Positions 1-11,333 of a stretch of DNA of 64,000 nt are shown here, piece after piece. Position 1 is the stretch's first letter, and every line of letters begins with the position of its first letter. Both the position numbers and the translations under genes were made by a program. Origin of the DNA: an uncultured Phycisphaerales bacterium (GTDB lineage: Bacteria; Planctomycetota; Phycisphaerae; Tepidisphaerales; Tepidisphaeraceae); assembly GCA_963755915.1 (NCBI GenBank), contig CAVWLP010000002.1, positions 2,080,001 to 2,144,000 of the forward strand, in the 5' to 3' direction. Under the pieces are notes generated by a model. That model did not search any database. It had not been told where the DNA came from and saw nothing but the letters and a program-made list of their open reading frames with translations.

Positions 1-854
1 TCTTTCCCCTTATATCGCAACCCCACCGACAGCACCGAAACGATCCCCTCGCGCTTCGCCTCCTGTGGATAGAGCACCCGCTCATCGGTCGCCATGTTGC
101 GCACATACGAATATCCCTTCGACGTCAGCGCCTGGTGATCGATCTTCGCCGAACTCAATCGGATCGGGCCTTTTCCGATATACTCCGGCGAAAGGTTGTA
201 AACAGCCTTGATGACCAGCTCGTCCCGTTCGTAATCAATCAACCGCAGCGATGCCGCTTTGGTCTCCATCACTTCGCAAACCACCCGCACGGTTCGCTGG
301 AGCACCATCTCCAGGTCCCGCGCATCGGCGAGCATGGTGGTCACGTTATAAACCGCCGTCAGTTCGTTGATCCGCTGCCGAAGCTGGAATTCCTGGTAGC
401 AAAGCCGCGCGATCGCATTGGCCAGCAGAAACAGGAACTGAATCGCCGCCGGTTTCGCGGCGCGGTTACGCGTCAGTTGCGACACCGCCTGCTTCAATTG
501 CTTCAGTTCCACGTTCAGTTTTTCGCTCAGCGCCGCCAGCCGCGCCTCATCCACTGGCGCCGCCGCGCTGCCCGCCGCCATGCGGATCGTCCCCAATCGC
601 TGGTTGTTCACGATGATCGGCGCCACATATTCCGTCCCCTCACGCTGCGGGCCGTCCTTTTGCGCCTCCGCGATCGCGCTCTGCCGCTTCAGAAAATCAC
701 TGGTCGGCGTCTGCTGCGTCAGCAGCTTTCCCTCCGCGTCCGTGATCGTCGTTTTCACGTTCGCCACGGCTGCAAAGCTGTCCTGGATCTCCTGCAACGT
801 CGGCAGATCCATGAAATCCGTTAGTTTGAGGTGGTCCGGATCAAAGGCAGGCAT
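1..854 (-). CDS. PocR-sensor + GAF domain signalling protein (C-terminus runs off the window; output domain not visible)
   Basis: Not in the ORF track. Manual translation from ATG 854 (GGAG upstream): MPAFDPDHLKLTDFMDLPTLQEIQDSFAAVANVKTTITDAEG (PocR-like), then ARDLEMVLQRTVRVVCEVMETKAASLRLID...EGIVSVLSVGLRYKG (GAF-like). Open to position 1. Confidence 0.75.
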   Translation of the reverse strand, partial: MPAFDPDHLKLTDFMDLPTLQEIQDSFAAVANVKTTITDAEGKLLTQQTPTSDFLKRQSAIAEAQKDGPQREGTEYVAPIIVNNQRLGTIRMAAGSAAAPVDEARLAALSEKLNVELKQLKQAVSQLTRNRAAKPAAIQFLFLLANAIARLCYQEFQLRQRINELTAVYNVTTMLADARDLEMVLQRTVRVVCEVMETKAASLRLIDYERDELVIKAVYNLSPEYIGKGPIRLSSAKIDHQALTSKGYSYVRNMATDERVLYPQEAKREGIVSVLSVGLRYKGK

Positions 855-1031
855 CAACACTCCAAGGGCCTCCCGTCCCTGGGAAGCAGGACCAGCATTG
901 TAGGCGACCCAACATCCCAATCAACGCCCGCGCGAATTCTGCGCACGTCTATTCAATAGACAATAGGAAATAGGAAATAGGCGATTGAATTACCCTAACT
1001 TTGAGCGACAATGACTTTCCCAGGAGACCGC

Positions 1032-1826
1032 ATGCCCCATCTCAACGTCAACGGCTCTAGCCTCTTCTACCAGGAATCCGGCCACGGAGTTCCTCTCGTC
1101 CTTCTCCACGGATTCCCCCTCGATCACCGCGTCTGGCACCATCAGGCCCACGATCTTTCCGGAGTCTGCCGCGTCATCACTCCCGATTTCCGCGGCTTCG
1201 GCCACTCTCACGACAACACCGCCTTCACCATCCAGAGCCTTGCCGAAGATATCTACGTCCTGCTCGCCCAACTGCGCGCCCTCCCCTGCGTCCTCGGTGG
1301 CCTCTCCATGGGCGGCTACGTCTCCCTCGCCTACGAACGCGCCTACGCGTCCACCCTTCGCGGCCTCATGCTCATCGACTCTCGCGCCTCCGCCGATTCC
1401 CCCGAAGGAAAAGCTGGCCGCAATACCATGATCGATCTCGCCAAAACCTCCGGTTCTTCCGCTATCGCCCAGGCCATGATGCCCAAGCTCCTCGCCCCCG
1501 GCAGCATCGAATCCCACCCCGATCTCGTCGCCGAGCTGAAAACCATCATGGAAAACTGCCCCTCCCAAACCATCCAGCACGCCCTCGCCGCCATGCGCGA
1601 TCGCTCCGACATGCGCTCCACGCTCAGCCGCATCGCCGCTCCCACCATGATCCTCGTTGGCGAATCCGACGCACTTGTCTCCAAAGCCGAAGCTGAGGAA
1701 ATGCATAAATCCATCCCCGGCTCCACGCTGAACATCATTCCCGCCTCCGGCCACATGACCCCCATAGAACAGCCCCAGCAGGTCAGCCGCGCCATCCGAA
1801 ATTTCCTCGCCAATCTCGGCTCCTGA
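1032..1826 (+). CDS. Alpha/beta fold hydrolase
   Basis: LVLLHGFP, nucleophile elbow GLSMGG, C-terminal GH; AGGAG RBS before ATG 1032. Confidence 0.9.
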   Translation: MPHLNVNGSSLFYQESGHGVPLVLLHGFPLDHRVWHHQAHDLSGVCRVITPDFRGFGHSHDNTAFTIQSLAEDIYVLLAQLRALPCVLGGLSMGGYVSLAYERAYASTLRGLMLIDSRASADSPEGKAGRNTMIDLAKTSGSSAIAQAMMPKLLAPGSIESHPDLVAELKTIMENCPSQTIQHALAAMRDRSDMRSTLSRIAAPTMILVGESDALVSKAEAEEMHKSIPGSTLNIIPASGHMTPIEQPQQVSRAIRNFLANLGS

Positions 1827-1880
1827 TCTGCATCGCCTGATTTCATCTTGTCAAACCCGCCCCCGACTCCTACACTTTTC

Positions 1881-1973
1881 CCATTCGCTAGGGGTGATCC
1901 CAACAAAACCCGGGATCTGAGACCAAACCCTTAGGACCTGATCCGGATGATGCCGGCGTAGGGAAGCGAATGG
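1881..1973 (+). ncRNA. TPP riboswitch (thi-box)
   Basis: P1 ccattcgct/agcgaatgg; GGGG...CTGAGA...ACCC...ACCTGATCCGGATGATGCCGGCGTAGGGAA core; directly upstream of thiC. Confidence 0.95.
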
Positions 1974-2023
1974 ACAAATCCCATCTGCCCGTCCTCGCTT
2001 CCCGCTTATAAAGGAGAATCCCA

Positions 2024-3760
<1,737 letters not shown>

Positions 3761-3774
3761 AATGGCGCGCCCAA

Positions 3775-4275
3775 TTGAAGGTCATCGCTTTTCACATTAC
3801 GTGGGGTACGTATGGGACGCGATTGCACGGGGATCCGCGCAAAACTGTCGACCGTCAACACAACCAACCAGGAACGCCTGTTCTCGGTTTCGATGAACAT
3901 CGTTGGGAGCAGTAAAAGGTCCGATTGAAATTTCAACCCATCGTTTTTACTCGCGAGCAAATGATTCTTGCCGAGTCACTTGTCCCCAAAGTTTGCGAGC
4001 GGGGCTATTGGAAATTTCACACCTGCGCCGCCGGACCGGATCATGTTCATGTGATTCTCTCATCCCAGCACGATCCCGAAGGAATTCGTCGGATGATGAA
4101 GCGCTGGGTGGGGCAAGAATTATCACAACGATTTTCGCTGCCTCAAGGCGCCACCTGGTGGGCCGAGTGCGGGAGCATCCGCTGGATCATGGATGAACAA
4201 TATTTCGATCGTGCCCTCAACTACGTCACCCGACAGCGCGCCGCAAGTGACCCGGGGCCCCCGACCCGTCTCTAA
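3775..4275 (+). pseudogene. REP-associated (IS200/Y1 HUH-type) tyrosine transposase with an in-frame stop
   Basis: TTG 3775: KVIAFHITWGTYGTRLHGDPR..., TAA at 3913-3915, same frame continues to DHVHV (HUH) and ALNYV (catalytic Tyr). Confidence 0.75.
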
Positions 4276-4300
4276 TTACACTCCCTCTCCGTTCCAAATC

Positions 4301-4325
4301 TGAGCCGGGGCGTCCCCGCCCCGTC
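4301..4325 (+). repeat. REP-like GC hairpin, right copy
   Basis: TGAGCCGGGGCGTCCCCGCCCCGTC, inverted relative to 3728-3756. Confidence 0.65.
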
Positions 4326-4345
4326 CCCCCGGTCCCCGACCCAAT

Positions 4346-5044
4346 TCACTGATCGCTAGTATCCGGAAATACAATCTTCAACGGCACCCCATTCAACTCC
4401 GCCTCCGGCGACCCATCCGTCTTCTCCCTCCCCGTAATATGAACCTGCCCCGTCGCCTTCGCCAGCGCCACCGCGCCCCCAAACGTCATTCCCCCATACT
4501 GAACATCCGCATCGATCTCCCCAGTCGCCGGATGGTAATGCCCTTGAAACTTCCCCTGACTGCTCGCCCCAAAAAACGTAATACTCTCCGGCATCCTCAT
4601 CACCAGCGTCGGCCGGAAAAAATGCACGTCATCCGAATCCACCGCGGGCCCGTGCGAATCTTTCGCAGGGTTGTACATCCCCTGCTGCGAAAGATACGCC
4701 TTCATCGCAAACTCGATCACGTCCGCGATCTGCTGCTGCGCCTTGGGCCCCACGTCTTCCCACTGATTCCACACCCTCACCGGCCCAAAGTAAAACATCG
4801 CCCCCAGCACCACCACCAGCAGCAGCGATCCCGCCGCGATGATCTTCCCCGTCGAAATATAAATCTTCGGCGAAGCCGCCGGCTTCCCTCTCGCCGCCGC
4901 TTTTCCTCCTCCCGCCCGGCTCGCCCCTCCCGAACCCGGCACCGAAATCGCCCTCCCGCACGCTGGGCACTTCGCCGTCTTTCCCGCCAGCGCATCGCTC
5001 AAACCCATCCGCTTCCCGCATTCACATTGCACCACAATTGCCAT
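4346..5044 (-). CDS. Membrane-anchored protein with N-terminal zinc ribbon
   Basis: CECG...CPACG at the N-terminus, one TM helix (IIAAGSLLLVVVLGAMFYF). Confidence 0.8.
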   Translation of the reverse strand: MAIVVQCECGKRMGLSDALAGKTAKCPACGRAISVPGSGGASRAGGGKAAARGKPAASPKIYISTGKIIAAGSLLLVVVLGAMFYFGPVRVWNQWEDVGPKAQQQIADVIEFAMKAYLSQQGMYNPAKDSHGPAVDSDDVHFFRPTLVMRMPESITFFGASSQGKFQGHYHPATGEIDADVQYGGMTFGGAVALAKATGQVHITGREKTDGSPEAELNGVPLKIVFPDTSDQ

Positions 5045-5143
5045 TGTTTCGCTCCAGAAATGTGGCTCAAATTATACGCGCCCATCGCCCCATTGCGAAA
5101 AACCCTCAACATGATCTAACTTATGCAAATCAAAGGAGCCCCC

Positions 5144-5581
5144 ATGGCCGAAGAGAAACCATCCCTTCACATTGACACCGACTGGAAACGCCAGGCCCAG
5201 GAAGAGAAAAAGCGTCTCGCCGAGGAAGAATCGAAAAAAGCCGCCACCGCAACACCCGTCGCCGCGCCCACAGCCCCCGGCGCCGCCCCCACACCCGGCG
5301 CCCGCCCCGGCTCACGCCCGCGCGGTGAGCTTCCCCCCGCCAACTTCGCCACCCTCGTCCAATCGATGCTCACCCAGATTCTCTTTTATCTCGGCGACCT
5401 CACCACCCGTGGCTCCGAGCCCACCGTCAACCTCGATCTCGCCAAACACCAGATTGACATCCTCGGCACCCTCGAAGAAAAAACCCAGAACAACCTCACC
5501 CCCGAAGAAAAGCAGCTCCTCGACACCGCCCTCTACGAATCCCGCATGCGCTACGTCAGCGTGGCTTCGCAATACACTTGA
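5144..5581 (+). CDS. DUF1844 family protein
   Basis: AAGGAG RBS; LHIDTDWK...ANFATLV...NLDLAKHQIDILGTLEEKTQNNLTPEE...LYESRMRYV. Confidence 0.85.
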   Translation: MAEEKPSLHIDTDWKRQAQEEKKRLAEEESKKAATATPVAAPTAPGAAPTPGARPGSRPRGELPPANFATLVQSMLTQILFYLGDLTTRGSEPTVNLDLAKHQIDILGTLEEKTQNNLTPEEKQLLDTALYESRMRYVSVASQYT

Positions 5582-5596
5582 TTCCAAATAGGAACG

Positions 5597-5623
5597 CCCA
5601 CGGCGCCGCCGTGGGTTGCTTTT
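5597..5623 (+). terminator. Hairpin between convergent genes, probable intrinsic terminator
   Basis: CCCACGGC-GCC-GCCGTGGG followed by TTGCTTTT. Confidence 0.55.
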
Positions 5624-6593
5624 AACGACTACGAATCAACTCCTCATCCGCAATCCCCAACTTCCGCCTCTCCGGTTCAATATCGCGAAGGAATCTCTCC
5701 CCATCATTGTAATACCCCGCCGTAGGCACAACCTCCGGCCGATGCCGCGCCCAGAACGCATTAAACCGCCGCATCATCGCCTCGCGAAGATACTTGCTCA
5801 TCATCGACGCCAGCGCCACTGCCATACACTGCATCTCCGCCTTCTCCCGGAAAATAACCCGTACGGTATTGCCGTTGCGGCTCAGTCGATAATCACAAAA
5901 CCCATCCAACTCCTGCCGCACTTCGAGCGACCACTCCTCGAACATCAGCCGCAGGAGCGAACCATAATGCTCCCTTCCCCCTTGCCGGTCGCAGAAGATC
6001 GTCATCGGCCGCGACCCATAGGTCTTCAGCAGATAATCCAAGTGCATCGCACTGGTCGAAAACAAAACCGACGCCTTATTCCGCGTCGCATTAAACTGTT
6101 GATTCAGCCGCCGCTCCAAGACCACCTGCGCCGCCAGATGCACGCATCGCGTCCGGCTCCGCTGCATCTCCGTCCGCAGCGCGTTGGCGAAAATCTCAAT
6201 CGGCAGCCCCTGCTGCTCGATCGGAAACGTCTCCCCCTCCCCCGGCTGATACCACGAATACCCCGGCAGATCCCCCAGCACCTCCGCCGCCGTCCGCGCC
6301 AGCAGCGCATTCAAGTCCCCCGGCAAATCCCCGCACGCGCATACCATCGCCAGCACCGACCTCTCCAGCTCCTTCAGCCCAATGCTCGGCGAGTAAACCA
6401 CCTTGCTGTCATTGACATGAATCTTCCGCCCCGACGCCACCCGGCTTTTGCTCACCAGCTTCCTCAGCCGCTTCCAGAGGCACGGCAGCGACTCCAGCGA
6501 ATCCGCGTCCTCCAGATCAAACGCGCAGCAACCCACCACCAGCGGCCCAAGCAGCGGGCCATACCCCGCCTCATCAATCCCTGCCACGATCAT
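5622..6593 (-). CDS. Ribonuclease HII-like protein
   Basis: MIVAGIDEAGYGPLLGPLVV, VNDSK, VALASMMSKYLRE, GY motifs; long Planctomycete-type version. Confidence 0.8.
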   Translation of the reverse strand: MIVAGIDEAGYGPLLGPLVVGCCAFDLEDADSLESLPCLWKRLRKLVSKSRVASGRKIHVNDSKVVYSPSIGLKELERSVLAMVCACGDLPGDLNALLARTAAEVLGDLPGYSWYQPGEGETFPIEQQGLPIEIFANALRTEMQRSRTRCVHLAAQVVLERRLNQQFNATRNKASVLFSTSAMHLDYLLKTYGSRPMTIFCDRQGGREHYGSLLRLMFEEWSLEVRQELDGFCDYRLSRNGNTVRVIFREKAEMQCMAVALASMMSKYLREAMMRRFNAFWARHRPEVVPTAGYYNDGERFLRDIEPERRKLGIADEELIRSR

Positions 6594-6680
6594 TGGCCGC
6601 GGATTATACCGACTTGACTTCCGATCCAACCTACTTAGATTTAGAAAAATCGCGGCAAACAAAAAAGGCCACGAAGTCAT

Positions 6681-6754
<74 letters not shown>

Positions 6755-6873
6755 CATTTGATAAAATGTGCCGGACGCAGTGAATAGCGTACCCCCCTTC
6801 GTTGGGGAGCGCGGCCTGAAATGACCTGGTTCCTCCGTAGTCTACGGAGGAACTAATATTTCGAGGTCGCGAT

Positions 6874-7155
6874 ATGGTTGCTTCTTCTGTGCCAAAACTT
6901 TCCCATCACAAGGCAAGTGATCAAGGGGTCGTCCGTCTGGACGGCAAGGACTTTTATCTCGGCCGCTGGAGCGACGAGCAAACCCAGCACAATTACGAGC
7001 GGTTAATGGCCGAATGGCTGGCCGGCGGCCGCAAGTTGCCGACCGAAAAAGGCGATTCAACAACCATGACCGTAACCGAAGTCATTGCTTCCTTCTGGGA
7101 CAGGGCAAATACCTACTACCGTTTTCCCGACGGGACACTCTCCAAAGAGATTTCG
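6874..7155 (+). pseudogene. N-terminal fragment of a Planctomycete-type tyrosine integrase
   Basis: PKLSHHKASDQGVVRLDGKDFYLG...YERLMAEWLAGGR...TVTEVIASFW; catalytic domain absent. Confidence 0.7.
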
Positions 7156-8185
7156 CAAAATCCCCCGGTTCCGATGACCTCAGGCTGGAGATACTCGATA
7201 CAGCGGAACGCTGGTCCCTTTGCCGCCAGTTGCATGAGGAAATTACCGAACGGAGATATAAGCCAGGACCGAGCAGGATCGTAAAGACACAAAAACCCGG
7301 AAAGACCGGCTGCCGAGAATTGACAATCCAAAACGTGCGTGACCGAATTGTTGGCCGAGCGACTGTTCGAATTCTTCAGCCCGTTATCGATCCGAAATTC
7401 TCCCCGTTTAGTTTCGGCGGCCGCCGCGATCGCAGTGCTGCGATGGCCCTGGCAACGGCTTTGGGTATCGCGCTAAGCGAGAATAAATGGGTCTGGCTTG
7501 CCGATGACGTTCAGAAAGCATTCGACCACATCCCGTTCGAACGCTTTTTGGCCGCCTGCCGGGCGCACTTTCCAGAAGCTGTGGTGGATTTCTTGCGGCT
7601 GATTGCCGACAAAGGCACCCGCCGCGGCATTCGTCAGGGTAATCCGTTCTCGCCGCTGGCAGCGAACATTTTTTTTGACTGGTATATGGATCGTTGTTGG
7701 CATCGGGACCACCCGGATCTGCCGATTGTCCGCTACATCGACGATATGCTGCTGGTTTGTGACAGTGTCGAGCAGGCGACACTGATGTATACCGCCTTGG
7801 CTTCGCGTGCGACGGCGATGGTAACCCCGCTCAAGGGTTCCGTCGCAACGGGCGTTTTGGATCTTTCTGCCGGGGCGACGACCGACTGGCTGGGGTACCG
7901 TATCGGCCTTGAGGATGGAACGCCGGTGGTTCGGATAAGTGAAAGAGCCTGGCAGAAATTGAGCGATCGATTGAGCGCGGCCTACCTAACGCCACTTCCA
8001 CCAATAAGGGCTGAGCAGATCATACGCGGCTGGTTGGGATATCTCGGCCCGTGCTACGCGTACGAAAATCGAGCAATTGCGATCGACCGCGTCCGGGATA
8101 TCGCCTCACAGCTTGTGTTCGATGAAATTCCCTGTGCCGGTGAACTCGAGAGATTTTGGAGCGCCGCCCACGCCCGACGGCAACG
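7150..8185 (+). pseudogene. Group II intron-like reverse transcriptase, truncated at both ends
   Basis: KSPGSD (RT0), YKPGPSRIV..KPGKTGCRELTI..VRDRIV, FSPFSFGGR, DDVQKAFDHI, GIRQGNPFSPLAANIFFD, VRYIDD, WLGY, IRGWLGY. Confidence 0.85.
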
Positions 8186-8421
8186 GCAAAACTGGCGCCC
8201 ATGCGCCGCAAAGTGATATAGATGCTCACAAACAGCAGGTAGTCCCCGATGCCGTTTTCTGTGAATGTCGACCCAATAACGCGCCGTCGGGACGCAAAAA
8301 TTTTGATCGCGTTCTCGGCTGCATTGTTGTTCCATGACACCCCATTGTGCGACAAAAACGTGAACAGCCTGGTCTCGCCGATCATCCGACGCGACTGATC
8401 CGGGCGACCTTTATGCCGCAT
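8186..8421 (-). pseudogene. IS66-family transposase C-terminal fragment
   Basis: LFTFLSHNGVSWNNNAAENAIKIFASRR...SIYITLRRMGASF. Confidence 0.7.
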
Positions 8422-8460
8422 CGCAAGCGGGGCGAGGGAAAAAGCCGGTGCTACCAGCCG

Positions 8461-9363
8461 TCAATACCACGCCGCCACGTTGGTCGGGCGGCGGTAGACG
8501 TGGGGTTCGACGATCTTTCGGGCCAACGGGTTGAGTCGCGCCTGCAATTCGGCCGACGCGTGGTAACCCCAGCGAGAATTTCCCCACGACGGGCCGTACC
8601 GGAAAACGCCAATTCGCCGCAGCCCTGGATTCCCGCGCTTCGCCGAGCCGTGGGCAGTCGCATCCACGAATACGATGGCGTCGCCGGCTTTCAGCTGCAC
8701 TTCAATCGCACCGCGAATTCCCTCCATCGATCCGCCTCCCTTTTCGTCCCAGACAGTTGCCTGTTCAGAATTCAGGAACGCGGGATGGATGATGTTCGAC
8801 TTATGCGAGCCTGGGATGACCATCGTCGCGCCATCGCCCGGGCCGATGTCGTTGAAGGCAATCAGAACATTGACCTGCCCGCAGGCGAATCGTCCATCGT
8901 GATAACGGTATTGCGTGCGTTTGCAGATGTCGTGCCCTCCGGAATGCAGCGGAATCGCTTCACCCGGCCCGCGGAGGTTGTAGAAGTTCTCGTCAATATA
9001 CAGAGGACCACGGTCGTAATCGAACGTCGCCTGGCCTCCGACGAATCTGGCGACATAATTAATATAATTGCGATGATCGATCAAGCGTGAGAAGGCCGGC
9101 ATCTCATACACCTGCTGATAGCTCACCCCGCGATGTTCCGGGTGGTCTTCGCGTTGAACGTGGCCGTGCCAGCCCAGGCGTGGCAGTGAGCTCGGAATCT
9201 CAGTCACGGCCGCGTTGCAGTCGGCGACCTCCTGCGCCGACAGCGCCCCCTTGAGAACCAGGAAACCGTTTAGATCAAACAAATACTCCTCCATCAGTGA
9301 CGGAACGGGAGCATCTGGAACAAGGGGCGCCGGTGGCGGCGGGATATGTTGGCTTGTTGTCAT
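8461..9363 (-). CDS. Phytanoyl-CoA dioxygenase (PhyH) family Fe/2OG enzyme with HxG metal motif
   Basis: FDLNGFLVL, LHSGG, DGATMVIPGSHK, KAGDAIVF..ATAHGS. Confidence 0.85.
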   Translation of the reverse strand: MTTSQHIPPPPAPLVPDAPVPSLMEEYLFDLNGFLVLKGALSAQEVADCNAAVTEIPSSLPRLGWHGHVQREDHPEHRGVSYQQVYEMPAFSRLIDHRNYINYVARFVGGQATFDYDRGPLYIDENFYNLRGPGEAIPLHSGGHDICKRTQYRYHDGRFACGQVNVLIAFNDIGPGDGATMVIPGSHKSNIIHPAFLNSEQATVWDEKGGGSMEGIRGAIEVQLKAGDAIVFVDATAHGSAKRGNPGLRRIGVFRYGPSWGNSRWGYHASAELQARLNPLARKIVEPHVYRRPTNVAAWY

Positions 9364-9437
9364 ACGGGGTATTTTGCATGGGGATTAAACGCCATTCATC
9401 GCTTTATTGCCGCCGTTTTCTCCTGTAAAGTAAGATT

Positions 9438-10286
9438 ATGAGGAAGCGGGCGTCATTTGGTCAGCCGACGGTCCACGAAGCGGGGCTCAATTTCCGCGTC
9501 TGGCGTCACAATGTGACCCGGCCCATGCGGGTGGCCCACACCCATCCGGATGTGGAGATGAACTGGATATCCGCTGGGCGGCTCGAATACCTCATTGGCG
9601 GTGTGCGCAGAAGTATCGAAACGGACCAGTTGGGCATCTTCTGGGGTGGCATGCCACATCAGGTGGTAACCGACCACGCGGTCGGCGGCATCTGGTTGAC
9701 GCTGCCACTGGCGTGGTTGCTCAGCGCCAAGCTATCGAACAATTTTGCCGCGCGCTTGATGAGCGGCCAACTGGTATGTCTCTCCTTCGAGCCTCATCGT
9801 GCAGAGCAGTGGCTCAGCGACTTCCGCGCCGGTCCCCAATTTTCACGACTGATCCTGCTTGAAATTGAGGCGATCCTGGAACGCATCGCTTTGGGTTCGC
9901 CTTCGTTTACCCGTGCGACGGTCAAGCTCGGCCCGCGCTCACGCCTGCAATTCAACAGCGTTGAGCGCGTCATTCAGCATCTGACAGCCCATTACCAGGA
10001 GCCGGTATCGATCGAATCGATCGCCGCGAACGTGGGACTACACGCAAAGTATTTGATGACGCTGTTCAAACGCGCTGTTGGCATCACGATCAATCAGTAC
10101 CTGAATCAACTTCGCATCGCCCATTCGCAGCGTCTGCTCGCCACCACACAGATGGGGATAATTGACGTGTCATTGCACAGCGGCTTTGGATCGCCCAGTC
10201 GTTTCCATGTGGCGTTTCGCGAACAAGTCGGCATTACTCCCTCAAGGTATCGCCGAGGCATAAAAGAAGACATTCACGCCCTGTAG
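9438..10286 (+). CDS. AraC family transcriptional regulator (cupin + HTH)
   Basis: AHTHPDVEMN cupin; C-terminal SGFGSPSRFHVAFREQVGITPSRYR. Confidence 0.9.
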   Translation: MRKRASFGQPTVHEAGLNFRVWRHNVTRPMRVAHTHPDVEMNWISAGRLEYLIGGVRRSIETDQLGIFWGGMPHQVVTDHAVGGIWLTLPLAWLLSAKLSNNFAARLMSGQLVCLSFEPHRAEQWLSDFRAGPQFSRLILLEIEAILERIALGSPSFTRATVKLGPRSRLQFNSVERVIQHLTAHYQEPVSIESIAANVGLHAKYLMTLFKRAVGITINQYLNQLRIAHSQRLLATTQMGIIDVSLHSGFGSPSRFHVAFREQVGITPSRYRRGIKEDIHAL

Positions 10287-10391
10287 AGATCCGACCCCGA
10301 AGGAACAGGGGCTCTCTGTAAACGGAGGAGGAGCGACACCGAGCGCGGTCAAAAGACGCGAGTACGGCCCTTGAGGATTCATGAGACGAGC

Positions 10392-11279
10392 CTAATGCGG
10401 AGCCATAACCGCGTCTTGCAAAGTTCCGCAAGGCCCTCCACCGCTCGCACCCTTGAAATAAACGAGCTCGCCTTCGAACGACATTGGTGACTCGTACCAT
10501 CGCGCAAGTTCCGTGGAGCTGCGCGGTATGTAATGGCAAATGAAGGAGCGGCGGAACCGCGTTTTGCTGCGGTTGGGATAACTGCCGTGAATGAGACTCC
10601 CGTTGAAGAACAGCACATCCCCCGCCTTGAGATTCGTCTGCGCTTCGCGCATTCCCGCCGGCACGGGGATATGTTCGCTTGTAAAGAACTGGGTGCTGTC
10701 GGCCTTTTCCGGACAGACAATATCCATCCGGCCCGTGCCCGGCACGATCACCATTCCGCCGTTTTCTTCGTCGGCATCGTCGATGGCGAACCACGCCGCC
10801 ATACACGTTTTCGGAGCGACGCGAAGATAAAAATTGTCCTGATGAAGAGCCTGCCCACGTGCCCCCGGAGGCTTGAAGTAGAACATACTTTGTACGGCAA
10901 CGGGTTCCTCGCCCAGCAGATCTCGCAGTATCGGAAACAAGCGGATGTCGAGCATGTATTTCAATGAGACAAGCCCAACCGGCAACTCGCGATGGCGATG
11001 CGGATGGAGCATTCGCGGGTAAAACCGAAGAGGATCGCTTTCGCTGTAGCCGATCTTGTCCCCGTTTTGTTTGATTTCCGAAAGTCCTGGCACCGGGCCG
11101 TCGACGTTGGCCGCCATGAACGTATCCCGGATCTCCGCCACTTCGCCTGGCGAAAACAGTCCCCGCGCAACGTGAAAGCCGTTTTCGTTCGCCGCGTTCA
11201 ATTCGTCGGCCGATAATCCTGTGTTTGTGGTCACAATCATGACGCTCCTAAGGTGAATATTTTGAGGGGAATATGACAT
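10392..11279 (-). CDS. PhyH family Fe/2OG dioxygenase (start may be 11240)
   Basis: QSMFYFKPPGARGQALHQD, ENGGMVIVPG, AGDVLFFNGSLIHGS. Confidence 0.9.
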   Translation of the reverse strand: MSYSPQNIHLRSVMIVTTNTGLSADELNAANENGFHVARGLFSPGEVAEIRDTFMAANVDGPVPGLSEIKQNGDKIGYSESDPLRFYPRMLHPHRHRELPVGLVSLKYMLDIRLFPILRDLLGEEPVAVQSMFYFKPPGARGQALHQDNFYLRVAPKTCMAAWFAIDDADEENGGMVIVPGTGRMDIVCPEKADSTQFFTSEHIPVPAGMREAQTNLKAGDVLFFNGSLIHGSYPNRSKTRFRRSFICHYIPRSSTELARWYESPMSFEGELVYFKGASGGGPCGTLQDAVMAPH

Positions 11280-11333
11280 TACCTGGGGAGCAATGCCATT
11301 GAATATGCAGTCAAATACCTATAATAATCTGCT

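Noticed and set aside
7014-7150. ORF 7014 as the native RT N-terminus
   Set aside because: It is an alternative frame of the integrase remnant that happens to be fused to the RT.
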